The position numbers and the translations under genes are program-made. From Trichomonas gallinae (lineage: Eukaryota), in assembly GCA_008369845.1 (NCBI GenBank), contig MRSU01009509.1, positions 1-35,445 on the forward strand: a stretch of DNA of 35,445 bases, written 5' to 3'. Under the pieces are notes generated by a model. The model was not told the origin of the DNA and did no database searches. It was given only the letters and a program-made list of their open reading frames with translations. The first letter of the stretch is position 1, and every line of letters starts with the position of its first letter. This document shows positions 9,036 to 20,300 of this stretch, one piece after another.

Positions 9036-10179
9036 TGATTAATTTACATGTCAGATTTCGTAGTTTACAAACATTTTTGAAATTGAAAACTTTACATAAT
9101 TATTTTTTCTAATGTAATTCATGATTTTATTAATAGGTTAGCTAGTCAATTGTTTGTTATTGTAATATAGTATAGATATGGAATATAAAGATGATATTTA
9201 TTTTTCTTAATTTTGTTAATTTTATATTAAAGATTTCGTATGGCATGCAGTTACAAATATGAGAGGATGATGTTTATTCCATAGCTGATTTGATTTCTAC
9301 AGTTTGGCTGAACATCAAAATTAAAATGTTTTCGGAGAAAGTAGTATACAGAAAATAGCTTATTGAATATGAACAACTGGAAATGCAGAAGAATATTGTT
9401 GAGTCGGTGAGATGATAACATAAAAAATACAACTTGATATATATATTTTTTCCAAACAAGCAAAAAACCCATCATTACTTATAACTCAACATCTATTGAT
9501 TAAATATTAGATGATTTCAATTAAGAAAATGTTCATAGGCGATTTTGTTTGGTCAAATATCAACCTTGGTGCCAAATTAAAATTCGCAATCTCATGGATA
9601 TTTGAGATCTGATGAGTGTATAAGGAAGATTACACCAATTATTTCTCCGAACATTATTTAGTCAATTGTCCGTAATTGAGAAGAAAATTTGATTTTATGC
9701 CATATTTATTATGTGTAAAAACGTTTCCATCCACAATAGATGTTATTTAATGGCAAAAAATCAGCAAAATCAAGTATTCAATTTTTGCGATTCTCAAAAA
9801 AGTTTTATTTTTATCATAAACGTTTATCAACATGTTATATGTAATATTTTAAATATTATCAAAATTCAATGAGTTAATTTTTTTCCGTTTAATGATTTAT
9901 CCAATATATACAGATGATTTACTACAAAAATAACAAAATCAAGTTTTCAATTGTGTAAAATCAAAAAATTCGTAATTTTTGCAGATATAAGATGTTTATT
10001 GATAATTCATATATAGATTAGTTAATTGCTCACAAAATGTGGACCACATTGCTTTCAAAAAATATAATTGAGGGAAAATCTAATCACATATTATTAATAC
10101 ACAGAATATTTTAGAATTGTACTAAAAATAAACAAATGTCAGATCTTTTCAAATTATGGCCAAATTTTAACTCAATATT

Positions 10180-11553
10180 ATGGATTGCAATACTGTCCTA
10201 CTGAGCGAGATAGAGCTACCTCAGTGGTATGAAGACTTCGAGATAGTCCGTGCAAGCCTACTCGAGATAAATGAGGACTCAATTAACAGCACAGTCCAGA
10301 CAATTGAAGATTCGTCAATTTATCTTTCACATCCTGAACTTATAAGCGACTTGATTGTATACTTTGCAGATATAAGAGAACAGAACCAAGCACTGTACGC
10401 GAAGTTAGTCGCAATTTTATCCGAGACGAATAACATTTTCAGGAATCACGTCCTTGAAAGCGCTTCAGGCTTCTTCTTAAGAGCTTTATTTGACGCCCAG
10501 GTGTTTTCTCTTGCTTCAATTAAGCAAAAATTGCAGAATTCTCCTTCTGAAAAAATCTATTTTGCACCAGAGCTCAAATTATCATCTCGTAAGGAAAGAT
10601 GGGACATTCTTGATAAGAAGACATCAATTAATGAGCTTTCTGCAAATAATTGGAAATTATTCTACGAAATAATGGAGAACCATTGCAGAATAGGCAGCTT
10701 GGAATACGCACTTAGATCAGATGATCTTGACTATTTTACTGATCTTGCATCAAACATCAACTTTGAACCATCAACAGATTTATTTGTAAAGGCTGCTTTC
10801 TTTGGTGCAGAAAAGGTGTTCAGATTCTTATTCCAGCTTGGTGCTAAGGTCACAGGACAAGTCACTATCGCTGCTGTTCAAAGCGGTTCCTTCGACATCA
10901 TCCGTTTATGCTTACAGAACAACGGCAACTTCGAAACATGCTTGAAGGCTGCTGCACAGTATCACCATGATGAGATCTTTGACTGGATTTATGGAACACA
11001 GAATACAAAAGAGCTCAAAATTCACGAATTTGTTGGCTTCATGAATCCACGCGCTGTACTTCACACAATATCAAGAGGAACTGACTTGAATGAAAAGTCA
11101 AGGTACAAAACAACTTGTTTGCATGAAGTTGTCAAACATAATGATGACTTGTTAACATTGACTTTGCTTAAGTATGGTGCATCTCCAGACTGTAAGGATA
11201 TGAACGGAATGACTCCATTGCATTTGGCCCAATCACGAAAGATTGTCAACATTTTAGTTGAAGCTGGCGCCAACATTGAAGCTCGTGACAACAGTGGTGC
11301 AACTCCATTGTTCGCAGCTGTTTCTAGGAACAACTATCCAGTCATTCGCGCTTTGTTCGATAAAGGAGCAAATCTCAATGCGATCAACTTTAGACAGAAG
11401 ACAGTTTTCACGCTCGCCAAGGAGTGGAATAATGCCAAGACAGTTAATTTCTTAGAAAAGCTTGGATTTTCCGAATCAAGTTCGGATAGCGAGCCTTTGA
11501 ACAATGATCACATTGAAAACACACAGTTCAGAGGCTATATTATATTAGAATAA
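10180..11553 (+). CDS. Ankyrin-repeat protein with DUF3447-like central region
   Basis: AAFFGAEKVFRFL, AVQSGSFDIIRLC, AAQYHHDEIFDWI, followed by canonical ankyrin repeats (GMTPLHLA, GATPLFAAV). Confidence 0.9.
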   Translation: MDCNTVLLSEIELPQWYEDFEIVRASLLEINEDSINSTVQTIEDSSIYLSHPELISDLIVYFADIREQNQALYAKLVAILSETNNIFRNHVLESASGFFLRALFDAQVFSLASIKQKLQNSPSEKIYFAPELKLSSRKERWDILDKKTSINELSANNWKLFYEIMENHCRIGSLEYALRSDDLDYFTDLASNINFEPSTDLFVKAAFFGAEKVFRFLFQLGAKVTGQVTIAAVQSGSFDIIRLCLQNNGNFETCLKAAAQYHHDEIFDWIYGTQNTKELKIHEFVGFMNPRAVLHTISRGTDLNEKSRYKTTCLHEVVKHNDDLLTLTLLKYGASPDCKDMNGMTPLHLAQSRKIVNILVEAGANIEARDNSGATPLFAAVSRNNYPVIRALFDKGANLNAINFRQKTVFTLAKEWNNAKTVNFLEKLGFSESSSDSEPLNNDHIENTQFRGYIILE

Positions 11554-12179
11554 ATTGTTTATTTCTATCCATCGTTAAAAATAATAATTTTTTTTCCCAA
11601 AATCCCATCAATTAAACCAATGCTGACTATGACTTGGGCTATTCCAACCAATTTTATTCATATTTTAATCCATGATAATAATTAATAATAAATTGTTGAA
11701 AAATCAGTTATTTCCAAGAATTAAACTCTATAGATCAAAGATAATCCAATATATTAATAACTATCTTAGATAAATACAATGAATAAACCTGAAGATGAAA
11801 GAGAAAATACCAGCTTAAAATATATGGTTATGCACATATATATTGAGACATTATAATAGAAGATAACAACTTTGGACCGTGAAAAGCATTAGGTCGTAAA
11901 TCATCTCGAATTTCTTCAACAATTTTAAGGATTATTGTGCTTTTTTGTTGGAATCAGGATATTCATTATGCTATTCACACGTATCTCTATAATCAAAAAC
12001 ATATATACATAGTTTTCCATCAACTAATATCATTAAATTGCTTTTTTAATTGTGAAATAAAAAATATCTGGAACATTTGAATTCCTCCTGCAGAATTAAC
12101 ATGCAGAGTGCCAGAATTTAATATAATATTAAGTTTTATTTATCAACAATAAGATCTAATAAATTTTTGGATATTAACT

Positions 12180-13241
12180 CTAAAACAGCTGAGATACTAC
12201 TGATCTATAAGGCTCTGGCTTTGTGAGCTTGGGGACCTTTCTAATGACCATATTCAAGCATTCCTGTGGTGTAGACATATTATCTGGTCGAATAACCAAA
12301 GATTTTCTCTGCCTTCTTTGGTCAGCTGTTCCAAGCTTCCTAGTGGCGGATGTATTGTCTGAGGAATATCTGCGCCTCAAAGGTGTTGGGGATGAATCGA
12401 TAGATGAATCTTCTTGCAGCCATGGCATAGCGAGAAGCTCTGCTGGTGATGGACGCGACTTTGGATCTCTTTGTAACATCATCGAGATGATTTGACGAAG
12501 TGGAGGAGATAAATCTTGTGGAACGACAACGTCAGTGGTTGTAATTTGTTTAAATAGCTGTGCATGATTTGTGTGTGTCCATGGAAGTGCACCAGTTGCC
12601 ATTGTAAATACTACAACACCGAGTGACCAGATATCTGATTTTGTTCCATCATATCTGTCATTATTGATAATTTCTGGTGGAGCATAGAATGGAGAACCAC
12701 ATGGTGTCTTCAATAAGTTGCCTTGAAGCATCTCTTTACACAGGCCAAAGTCACCAAGTCTTATATCCATATGTGAATCGAGAAGTATATTTTCTGGTTT
12801 GATATCTCTGTGAGCGACCTTCCTGCTATGAATATACTGCAGTGCTAGCAGTATTTGGCGCAGGATTCTATTAACCTCCATCTCCGGTAGACGAACTAGA
12901 GATAGAATGTATGAAAAGAGCTCTCCATTCGGGCAATACTCCATAACGATATATATATATTTGGGATCAAAGACAACATCGTAAGTTTGAATAACATAAG
13001 GATGGTTAAATGATTGCATTAATCGGACTTCTTGTTCGAATCTGTTAAATATTTGCTGCTCCTCGAGCATCTGACGGCTGACTATTTTGCAAGCAAAGTA
13101 TTCTTTAGTTTTTAAATGCTTGACCAAGACAACTGATGAAAAAGAGCCATATCCGATCTTGCGGACGAACTCGTAGTTCCCAAATATCTTAGGAATTACA
13201 AGCTCCGCGTTATCTCCAAATGTAAGTTTTATAGTTTCCAT
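12180..13241 (-). CDS. CAMK-group (CAMKL/SNF1-like) Ser/Thr protein kinase
   Basis: GYGSFSSV, ACK, HRDIKPEN, DFG, TPCGSPFYAPPE, DIWSLG. Confidence 0.93.
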   Translation of the reverse strand: METIKLTFGDNAELVIPKIFGNYEFVRKIGYGSFSSVVLVKHLKTKEYFACKIVSRQMLEEQQIFNRFEQEVRLMQSFNHPYVIQTYDVVFDPKYIYIVMEYCPNGELFSYILSLVRLPEMEVNRILRQILLALQYIHSRKVAHRDIKPENILLDSHMDIRLGDFGLCKEMLQGNLLKTPCGSPFYAPPEIINNDRYDGTKSDIWSLGVVVFTMATGALPWTHTNHAQLFKQITTTDVVVPQDLSPPLRQIISMMLQRDPKSRPSPAELLAMPWLQEDSSIDSSPTPLRRRYSSDNTSATRKLGTADQRRQRKSLVIRPDNMSTPQECLNMVIRKVPKLTKPEPYRSVVSQLF

Positions 13242-14073
13242 TAAATTTTTGCTTTTATGTTTACAATTTTTTTGGATTGTGAAATATTGATCATCTAGAG
13301 ATATATCGCAAATTCACTGACTCATTGAATTTGAAAATGTAATAGTAAACTATTGAAAATTTTTTTATTTGAGAAACAACAGATTTTATTTTCCGATATT
13401 TTTAAAATTAAATCATATGATGTACGAAAATGCTATTTTTCGAAATTCGGAAATGTTCACAAGAAAAATACAATAGAAAAGATTTATGTTTCTTGATGAT
13501 ATCAATTAAGTTCTCAATTTTTGATAATAAATAATAAAAGGTGACAAAATCGTTATAAACACATTCTAACTTTGTATTCTTTTTGTAAAAGCCATTAGCG
13601 ATTTTCTGAGCTGACAAAAATTTGGAGAACATTGATAAGCAATTTAAGATTTTTCATTATATGCAAGATAAACTCCTCAAGATACTGAATTTGAAATCAA
13701 AATCGAAAACAAAAATTACTAATAAAATTTTCACAGATTTTATATTTCGAGATTGTTCGTTATTGGTCGGAGGAAGCCTTCCGTACTTCAATCCTATGAG
13801 CCAATGTAGTGTTTATTTGACTTGAACTCGATATTGATTAAATCATCAATTGAGAAGCTTTTTGAGAAAAAAAAAGATACCTATTATATACATAAGATAT
13901 GTAGATAGACCTTATCGAGCTGTATAACATAGAACAGTTTTAAAACATTATGAAATTCTCAATTTGATATGGTCTTGATTGGCAAAATTAATTAAATATT
14001 TAAATACAATATATGATAAAAATATTATTCCTATATACAAAAGACTCCAAAACGAATAAAAAGATTTTTTTTT

Positions 14074-14201
14074 TGCCACGTTAAACGAATTCATTACTTT
14101 ACATTAATCTTTGCCACTTTACAATACTTTATGTCGCTCTACATTATTATTTGACACTTTACATTAATTTGTCATTTTACATTATTTTTTGACGCGTTAC
14201 A
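14074..14201 (+). repeat. Seven-copy ~20-bp tandem array (TGWCACTTTACATTA...) upstream of the Sec23/24-like gene
   Basis: TTTACA-like cores at 14080, 14098, 14118, 14138, 14158, 14176 and 14196 (periods 18,20,20,20,18,20). Confidence 0.8.
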
Positions 14202-14252
14202 TCAATTTCAGACAGAAATCATATTTGACAGGTCAAAATATCAGAGTTATTA

Positions 14253-15863
14253 ATGATTTCCAATACTACTCGACTTTTCCCTTTTATGCCAGAGTATGAC
14301 TCCACATTTGCATTTACAGTAGATATCCCTAGTGATGTGCGATGTGTAACTTCATCATATTCTAGAAGAAAATGCCAAAAATGCGGATCTTTTCTTTTAC
14401 AGCTCGACAGTGGACTATTTTGTCCTATTTGCAATCCAGATGATTTTGCTAAAGTAAGAGACTCTACTAGCTCCAATTTCTTCCAAGTTGAAGAAACCTC
14501 AGAACATTCTGATAAATTTTCTATCATTTTCTTTCTTTTTGACCTCGATTGCGAAATTAACGACTTACTTTCTGTTGTCAAAGAACTAATTAAAGATGCA
14601 GAAGGTCCAAATTCTCATTTATACCAAAAAATCTTATTTAATTTCGCATTTCTTGGATCATCGCCGCAACTATTCAAAAAGACTGAACAAGGATTCAATT
14701 TTTATCCATTGAAGAGCCATACAGATATTTTAGAAACTGCAAAACCGATTTTAGAATACAAATCTATATTAGACGCTTTAGTTCTTGGAAAAAAGTATCT
14801 CAGACCGTTTGCTGATAAAACAACTCAATTAACGCATACATACAAAGTCTTAAGCGACCAAGAATCAAACACGAATTTTATTTCAGATCTTTTTTATTTC
14901 TTTACTGGAAATTTACCATCTTATTTGTCATGCAAAAATAGCATGAGATCTCATTTCTTTCAATTCGCACCAGAACCAAGCAGAAATAACATGGAATGTG
15001 CGATTCAAATTCCAGCGACTTATTTTGTTGCACCATCAGAGTGCTCTGCTTTACATCAGTCGATTGTTAAACATATTACCTGCCACGGAGTTCTTCATAG
15101 CAAGATTTCGATCGCAACTTCTCCAGGAATAAGTTTCAGTGAAATTGTGGGACCGTCTAATCATATAGGTTCATCAGCGAATATAAAAATCATCGATGCG
15201 GCAACTTATTCGAAATTTTTCCCATTTTACGGAATTCTTAAGGTTTCTAAAGACGAGTACAGCAGGAGAAATGCTTTCTCAATTCAGATGCTCTTTATCA
15301 TAGCACCAGGAATCATCTATGTCGTTAATGAAGTTTGGTTGAAAGCAAAATCTAATCAAGACTGGCTTTTGTCTTTTTCCAAGTACTTCTTTGAAGGTTA
15401 TTACGTACAGAAATCATTATGCGATAAATTTAACAAAGTTACAGGAAAATCTAAGCTTCCTTGGTCAATTGCAACGAGAAACTACAAAATAATGAAAGAT
15501 TTACCAATGTTGAAGCTGAAATTATCAATAATTGATTCATTCCTAACTTCTCTGCTTATTACCGAAGACTTTTTACCATTTAATTACAGATTCATGATTT
15601 TGCTGCAGTTTTTCTATGGAGAACCATGCTACTTAAGAGATTTCATGCAGTCAGTCATGGATCAGAATTTCAGAACGGAATTAATCTATTTGCCTCCATT
15701 TATCTTCAGCAAAGGAACTCCTAAGCCAAATTCGCTCCAGATCGACAATAAGCAACATTTCCAAATGTATCCATTTATAGAAATTAGCGAAGATTTTTAT
15801 GCAAAGCTTAGAGCGAGAATTGAATCATTCCAAGCGAGACTAATATCAATTGACCCTAAGTGA
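14253..15863 (+). CDS. Divergent Sec23/Sec24-like protein (zinc finger plus probable trunk domain)
   Basis: KCQKCGSFL...LFCPICN zinc finger near the N-terminus, followed by IIFFLFDL as at the start of the vWA trunk, and a later I.IATSPGISFSEIVG beta-barrel-like segment. Confidence 0.55.
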   Translation: MISNTTRLFPFMPEYDSTFAFTVDIPSDVRCVTSSYSRRKCQKCGSFLLQLDSGLFCPICNPDDFAKVRDSTSSNFFQVEETSEHSDKFSIIFFLFDLDCEINDLLSVVKELIKDAEGPNSHLYQKILFNFAFLGSSPQLFKKTEQGFNFYPLKSHTDILETAKPILEYKSILDALVLGKKYLRPFADKTTQLTHTYKVLSDQESNTNFISDLFYFFTGNLPSYLSCKNSMRSHFFQFAPEPSRNNMECAIQIPATYFVAPSECSALHQSIVKHITCHGVLHSKISIATSPGISFSEIVGPSNHIGSSANIKIIDAATYSKFFPFYGILKVSKDEYSRRNAFSIQMLFIIAPGIIYVVNEVWLKAKSNQDWLLSFSKYFFEGYYVQKSLCDKFNKVTGKSKLPWSIATRNYKIMKDLPMLKLKLSIIDSFLTSLLITEDFLPFNYRFMILLQFFYGEPCYLRDFMQSVMDQNFRTELIYLPPFIFSKGTPKPNSLQIDNKQHFQMYPFIEISEDFYAKLRARIESFQARLISIDPK

Positions 15864-16670
15864 TTGTTTTGTTTTGTATTGTTTATTATTAAATATTTTT
15901 TTCGGGAAAATCATCCAAAATTATATGAAAGAATTTTGTATTATATTCGATTTGTTGTAAATGTTATGAATTAAGCAAGCATTTTACAAATTTAATCATT
16001 TTTGAAACTTAGATTATATCCAATTTTGTTTAATTAAGTATTGAGCGAACATCATTTTGCCATTAATTTGAGAAACCAAATGCAGCAGATAAAAATCGAG
16101 TATGATGATAATTAGACGAATTCATCATAAATATGATTGATTTATTTGTTAATCCAGTTTTTTACAGGTTTTGTATGCGCAAACTCATTTTGATTCTATA
16201 TTGATTATTGAACCGTAGTAGAATTATTAATACGCTTGATAAATATCATTTTTGCAATAACAATATTGTAAAGTTGTATTATTTTTCTTATTGGTGAATA
16301 TTATGTGGCCTAAATAGTTGATATTTTGATTTTGGTGACTCTGTGATGTATATCTCAGTTAGTCGGGAAATATTATAGGCAATGACATTGTTTTGAACAA
16401 AGAGTAGCACACCTAGAGAATGGGATGCACGAATACCCACATATAAAGGTATTTTCAAGCATTTTGTATTTTAATTTTTTACATCAGTTTACAATGTGTC
16501 CTGCTCAGTTACTCCACAGCTCAAACTACACCCAAATCAATAGAATCCACGTCTCTTAAACAGTTCAAGAAAAAAAAAACTTTTCATAAATAAAATTAAT
16601 TGAGGGCATATAATGTTAATTAGGGGTCTATAAATTATTCAAACATGATAACACCTATACCATATAGCAC

Positions 16671-17095
16671 TATTTTAAAACTTTTTTAAAATTTCAATCA
16701 TCATTAAATTAATTATAAAAATTAATGTTTATATTATATTAAATAATTTTACATAGTTTTAATTTTTTTGGTGAATTGAGATAATTTCGAATAAAACAGA
16801 AAATCATATTTATCATGTCAATGGTTACACATATTTTAAAACTTTTTGTGAATTGAAAGATCATTAAATAAAAACAAAATATTAATACTATTGACATAGA
16901 GTATTATTTTATAACTTTTTTGAGAATTCAAAGTTCATTATATAAAACAAAAAAATATTAAATAATAAGTAATTATTTACAATAATTAATGATATAAAAT
17001 AAATCTCTCAAAATTTTTAAAAATTAAAATAATTGCAGATAATAATTTATTAAATTATGGTTTAAAATAAATCTCTGAAAAATTTAAAAAATTCC
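16671..17095. repeat. Degenerate AT-rich tandem repeats upstream of the NF1-like gene
   Basis: TATTTTAWAACTTTTT..GAATT..AA..TCATTA units at about 16671, 16754, 16832 and 16905. AAAATAAATCTCT occurs twice (about 16996 and 17064). Confidence 0.55.
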
Positions 17096-17315
17096 ACAAA
17101 AAATGTGAAGATAACTGTAGATCAGTTCAATATTTCTGTGCATTAGACTATCCTTTTAGATGACGTAATCATGCAGATTTTTTTGACAAAATTTTATTTT
17201 ATTAAATTTATGCCACTGAAAAATAAATTTTGAACGGATTTGATATCATTTTAAGTATTTTCATGAATAAAAGGTTAAAATAAAAATAGATTTTTTAAAA
17301 AATATAAAATCTTGA

Positions 17316-20300
17316 ATGCAGGGGTTCGCCAAGGTAATAAACCACTACTTTGAACTCTTGGAATCAAGTATTACGCGTATATGCGAGAGGGAGGCGTCGA
17401 AGAATCGCAGTACGCAGCTCGATCCTGATAAAATCCTGAAAGATAATTTTAATGAAGGATGTATTGTTATTTTAAACCTTTGCCCGGGCGATTTTGAAGA
17501 AATTCTGGCGTTACTTGTTAATAAAATCGTAGAGACCGGCTCAGTTTCTTCGAATAACTTGCAGAAAGCTGACGAAGTTAAATTTACAACTTATTGCGCT
17601 TTAGCTCGCTTATGTATGGATCACGTATCGATGGAAAAAGTCTTCAACTCGCTAACAGAGCCTATTTTACTCAAAATTACTATGCTAAGTATTCATCTTT
17701 TTTCTGATATTAACTGCCAATACTCGGATTATTCGCGCAAAGCATACACACAATTATTCAGCTTCATCGGCGACCACTGTGATCAAATTTACCAGATTCT
17801 TCTTTTTAAATTAAAAAGCGAATTTAAAAAACCAGCTGACCCACTTGAATTTCAGAACGCGTTGAATCCATTTATCAGATTATCATCGAATCCGAGATCG
17901 CTTGCCAAAATATTGTCATTACTTACGCCAATTATAAAAGATACTCCGGATAACTGCAAACCTTGCCTCTCACAGTCCATAGTCGACATGGTTTTGTCTG
18001 CAATAAGATACAAACCAATGGAAATGTATGATTTCTTTCAAGAAGGAAACGATTTGAAAAATGCCGCAAATTTAATTCCGAGATTAACAGAATGGGACCA
18101 AAGACGCTACGGAATTTCGTTCATAGCGAAATGTGCTTTGTTCCCTATGTTCCCTGCTGCCATGGCAAACAGCTTTTTCGCTGAAGAATTCGATTCAATT
18201 ATTTTTGAAATTTCGAAAGCTGATTATATTTCGGGTTTCTTGGACACATTCTTCAAAGCTATCAACACCGGCTTCTATTTCGTTTCGCAAACAAAAAGTT
18301 TCGACGTTTTTGGTAGATATACGAGAACATTCTTTACAACAGTCATGGACTTCATTGAGCGCGCGATTAAAAGACTACTTGAGGCCAAGGATAATAATAC
18401 GCGAGCATTGTTAGTTCATTACGGCTTAGCGCTTTATTTTCACGACAATAATTTGTTTTGCTCGAGATTTTTACCAATTCTAATATCATCGACATTGCCA
18501 AGCAATGGACACTTCGTATGCAAATTTATTTCTCACTTATGTCGACATACAGATTTATATAAATATCCAATCGAGCTTTCTAAAGGAATCATCACGGTAT
18601 TGGATCTTATTACAAGCGATAAAGCGTATTCACCACATATAATCCACGTTTATAAAGGATTTACAAAATGCCCACAATTTTTCGAAAATATAATGAGAAC
18701 CGACCATTCAGTTCTTACCAATGTAATCAAATCGGCCTATGACCACAACTCATACCAGCTTTGCCTTGCTTTTCTCAAGTTTTTCGAACCATCGAGAATG
18801 AAAATTATGCATTTAGACATTCAAATGCTGCAGTGCATTGTTTCAATTACATCAACATTCAGTTCTCTTACGGTTTTATCAGCCCTTCACCAATCAACAA
18901 CGTTTATAGAATATATTCCAGAAGTTTTGCTACAAATCGCACAATTTATGTTCGCTTCGCTTTCCGAAATTCCGCTTTCAGAACTCGAAACTAGCGCTCA
19001 CGAAAAAGAATTAAAAGGCATATTAAATAACTTGGAGGTTACTGCTCTATCTTTAATGGTCACCAGTCGACCTCATGTGTGTAAGGTTGCCGTAGCGATT
19101 ATCGGCGAAATCCTCAATATTTTACGACAAGCCAATTTATATCAAAATACAACTTCTCCGATCGAAGCATATCAAGCTCTGGTTACTAACTGCAAGAACC
19201 GTTCATCAGTTCAAGCCATGGACAGTTATTTCATGAAATCGCTGATGTTGATTCAAAAACCATCATCTGTCATTCATACGGTTTGGAATACGATTTTCTC
19301 GTACTTCAACAGCCTGCTGAATGTAATAGCACAGGAGAAATGCATGATGGACATGCCTGTTCAGAGAATTAAAAAAGATTCTTCAACTTTGCACGATGAA
19401 CTTCCAAATGTTTTGTCATTATTGCTTTCGCTCATACTTCCTTCCAAAGAAAATACCATTAATATTATCCACAATTTCATTAAATATGATGATTTTGTCG
19501 GCCAAGTAGCAACAGACTGTCTTTCAACAGCTTTGTTACCAGCATTCTACACAACAATTGCGAAACTGATGGTTAACACACTCAATTCTATGAAAAGCAC
19601 AACAGGAAATTTCGAATCAAATAATGCAAACAATATATACGTAAAACACGCAGTAAAAGTCATGAGAAACATTCTAAGACATCCATATTACGATGATAAT
19701 CCAATTGATCTCAAAACTGTCGCGAAATTCGTCATGGATTCAACAGCTTACTGCAACAGCTTGAGTTTGATTGATTTCCATGTCCTATGCGGCCACTTAA
19801 TCATCGCATTCATCAACAGACACGGCAGAAATGTAGATATCTCGTCAAAGAAGGTTTTAGCGAATACATTAGGCCTCTGGATAACAAAACCGGACTTCCA
19901 GATATCAAACAAAAGCGCTACAACGATTTTGATCGACGCTTTGACGTTGTTACTCGAAGGAATTGAATTCGATCAAGATCAAAAAGAGCAGAAGTTCAAA
20001 TATTACGTTTCTATTGCACACATGGTTCTCAAAGAGCAGCCCAAACTCAAAGATCACTGCCAGAGAATGCTAACAAGCTTATTCAGAAAGAATTTCGAAT
20101 TAGCAATTGCAAACTCAATGAGTGACTTCTTTTCCACATCTATATTAGCGAGAGTCGCCTTTTTGTCAGCCATTGCCACAGTTTTGAAGAACCCAGAACC
20201 AGTCATGGAGCAGAAAGAAGAAACAAAAGAAGAAGATTTTATTGATATTCTCTTTGAAACGAGATTCCAGTTAATAGACACCATCATTGATTTAGTCCCA

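Noticed and set aside
9251..9475. Short ORFs in the 9.2-9.5 kb intergenic region
   Set aside because: No motifs; at most a decayed relic with stops on the + strand.
13408..13825. Two short ORFs upstream of the first CAMK gene
   Set aside because: Non-ATG starts, AT-rich, no supportable family.
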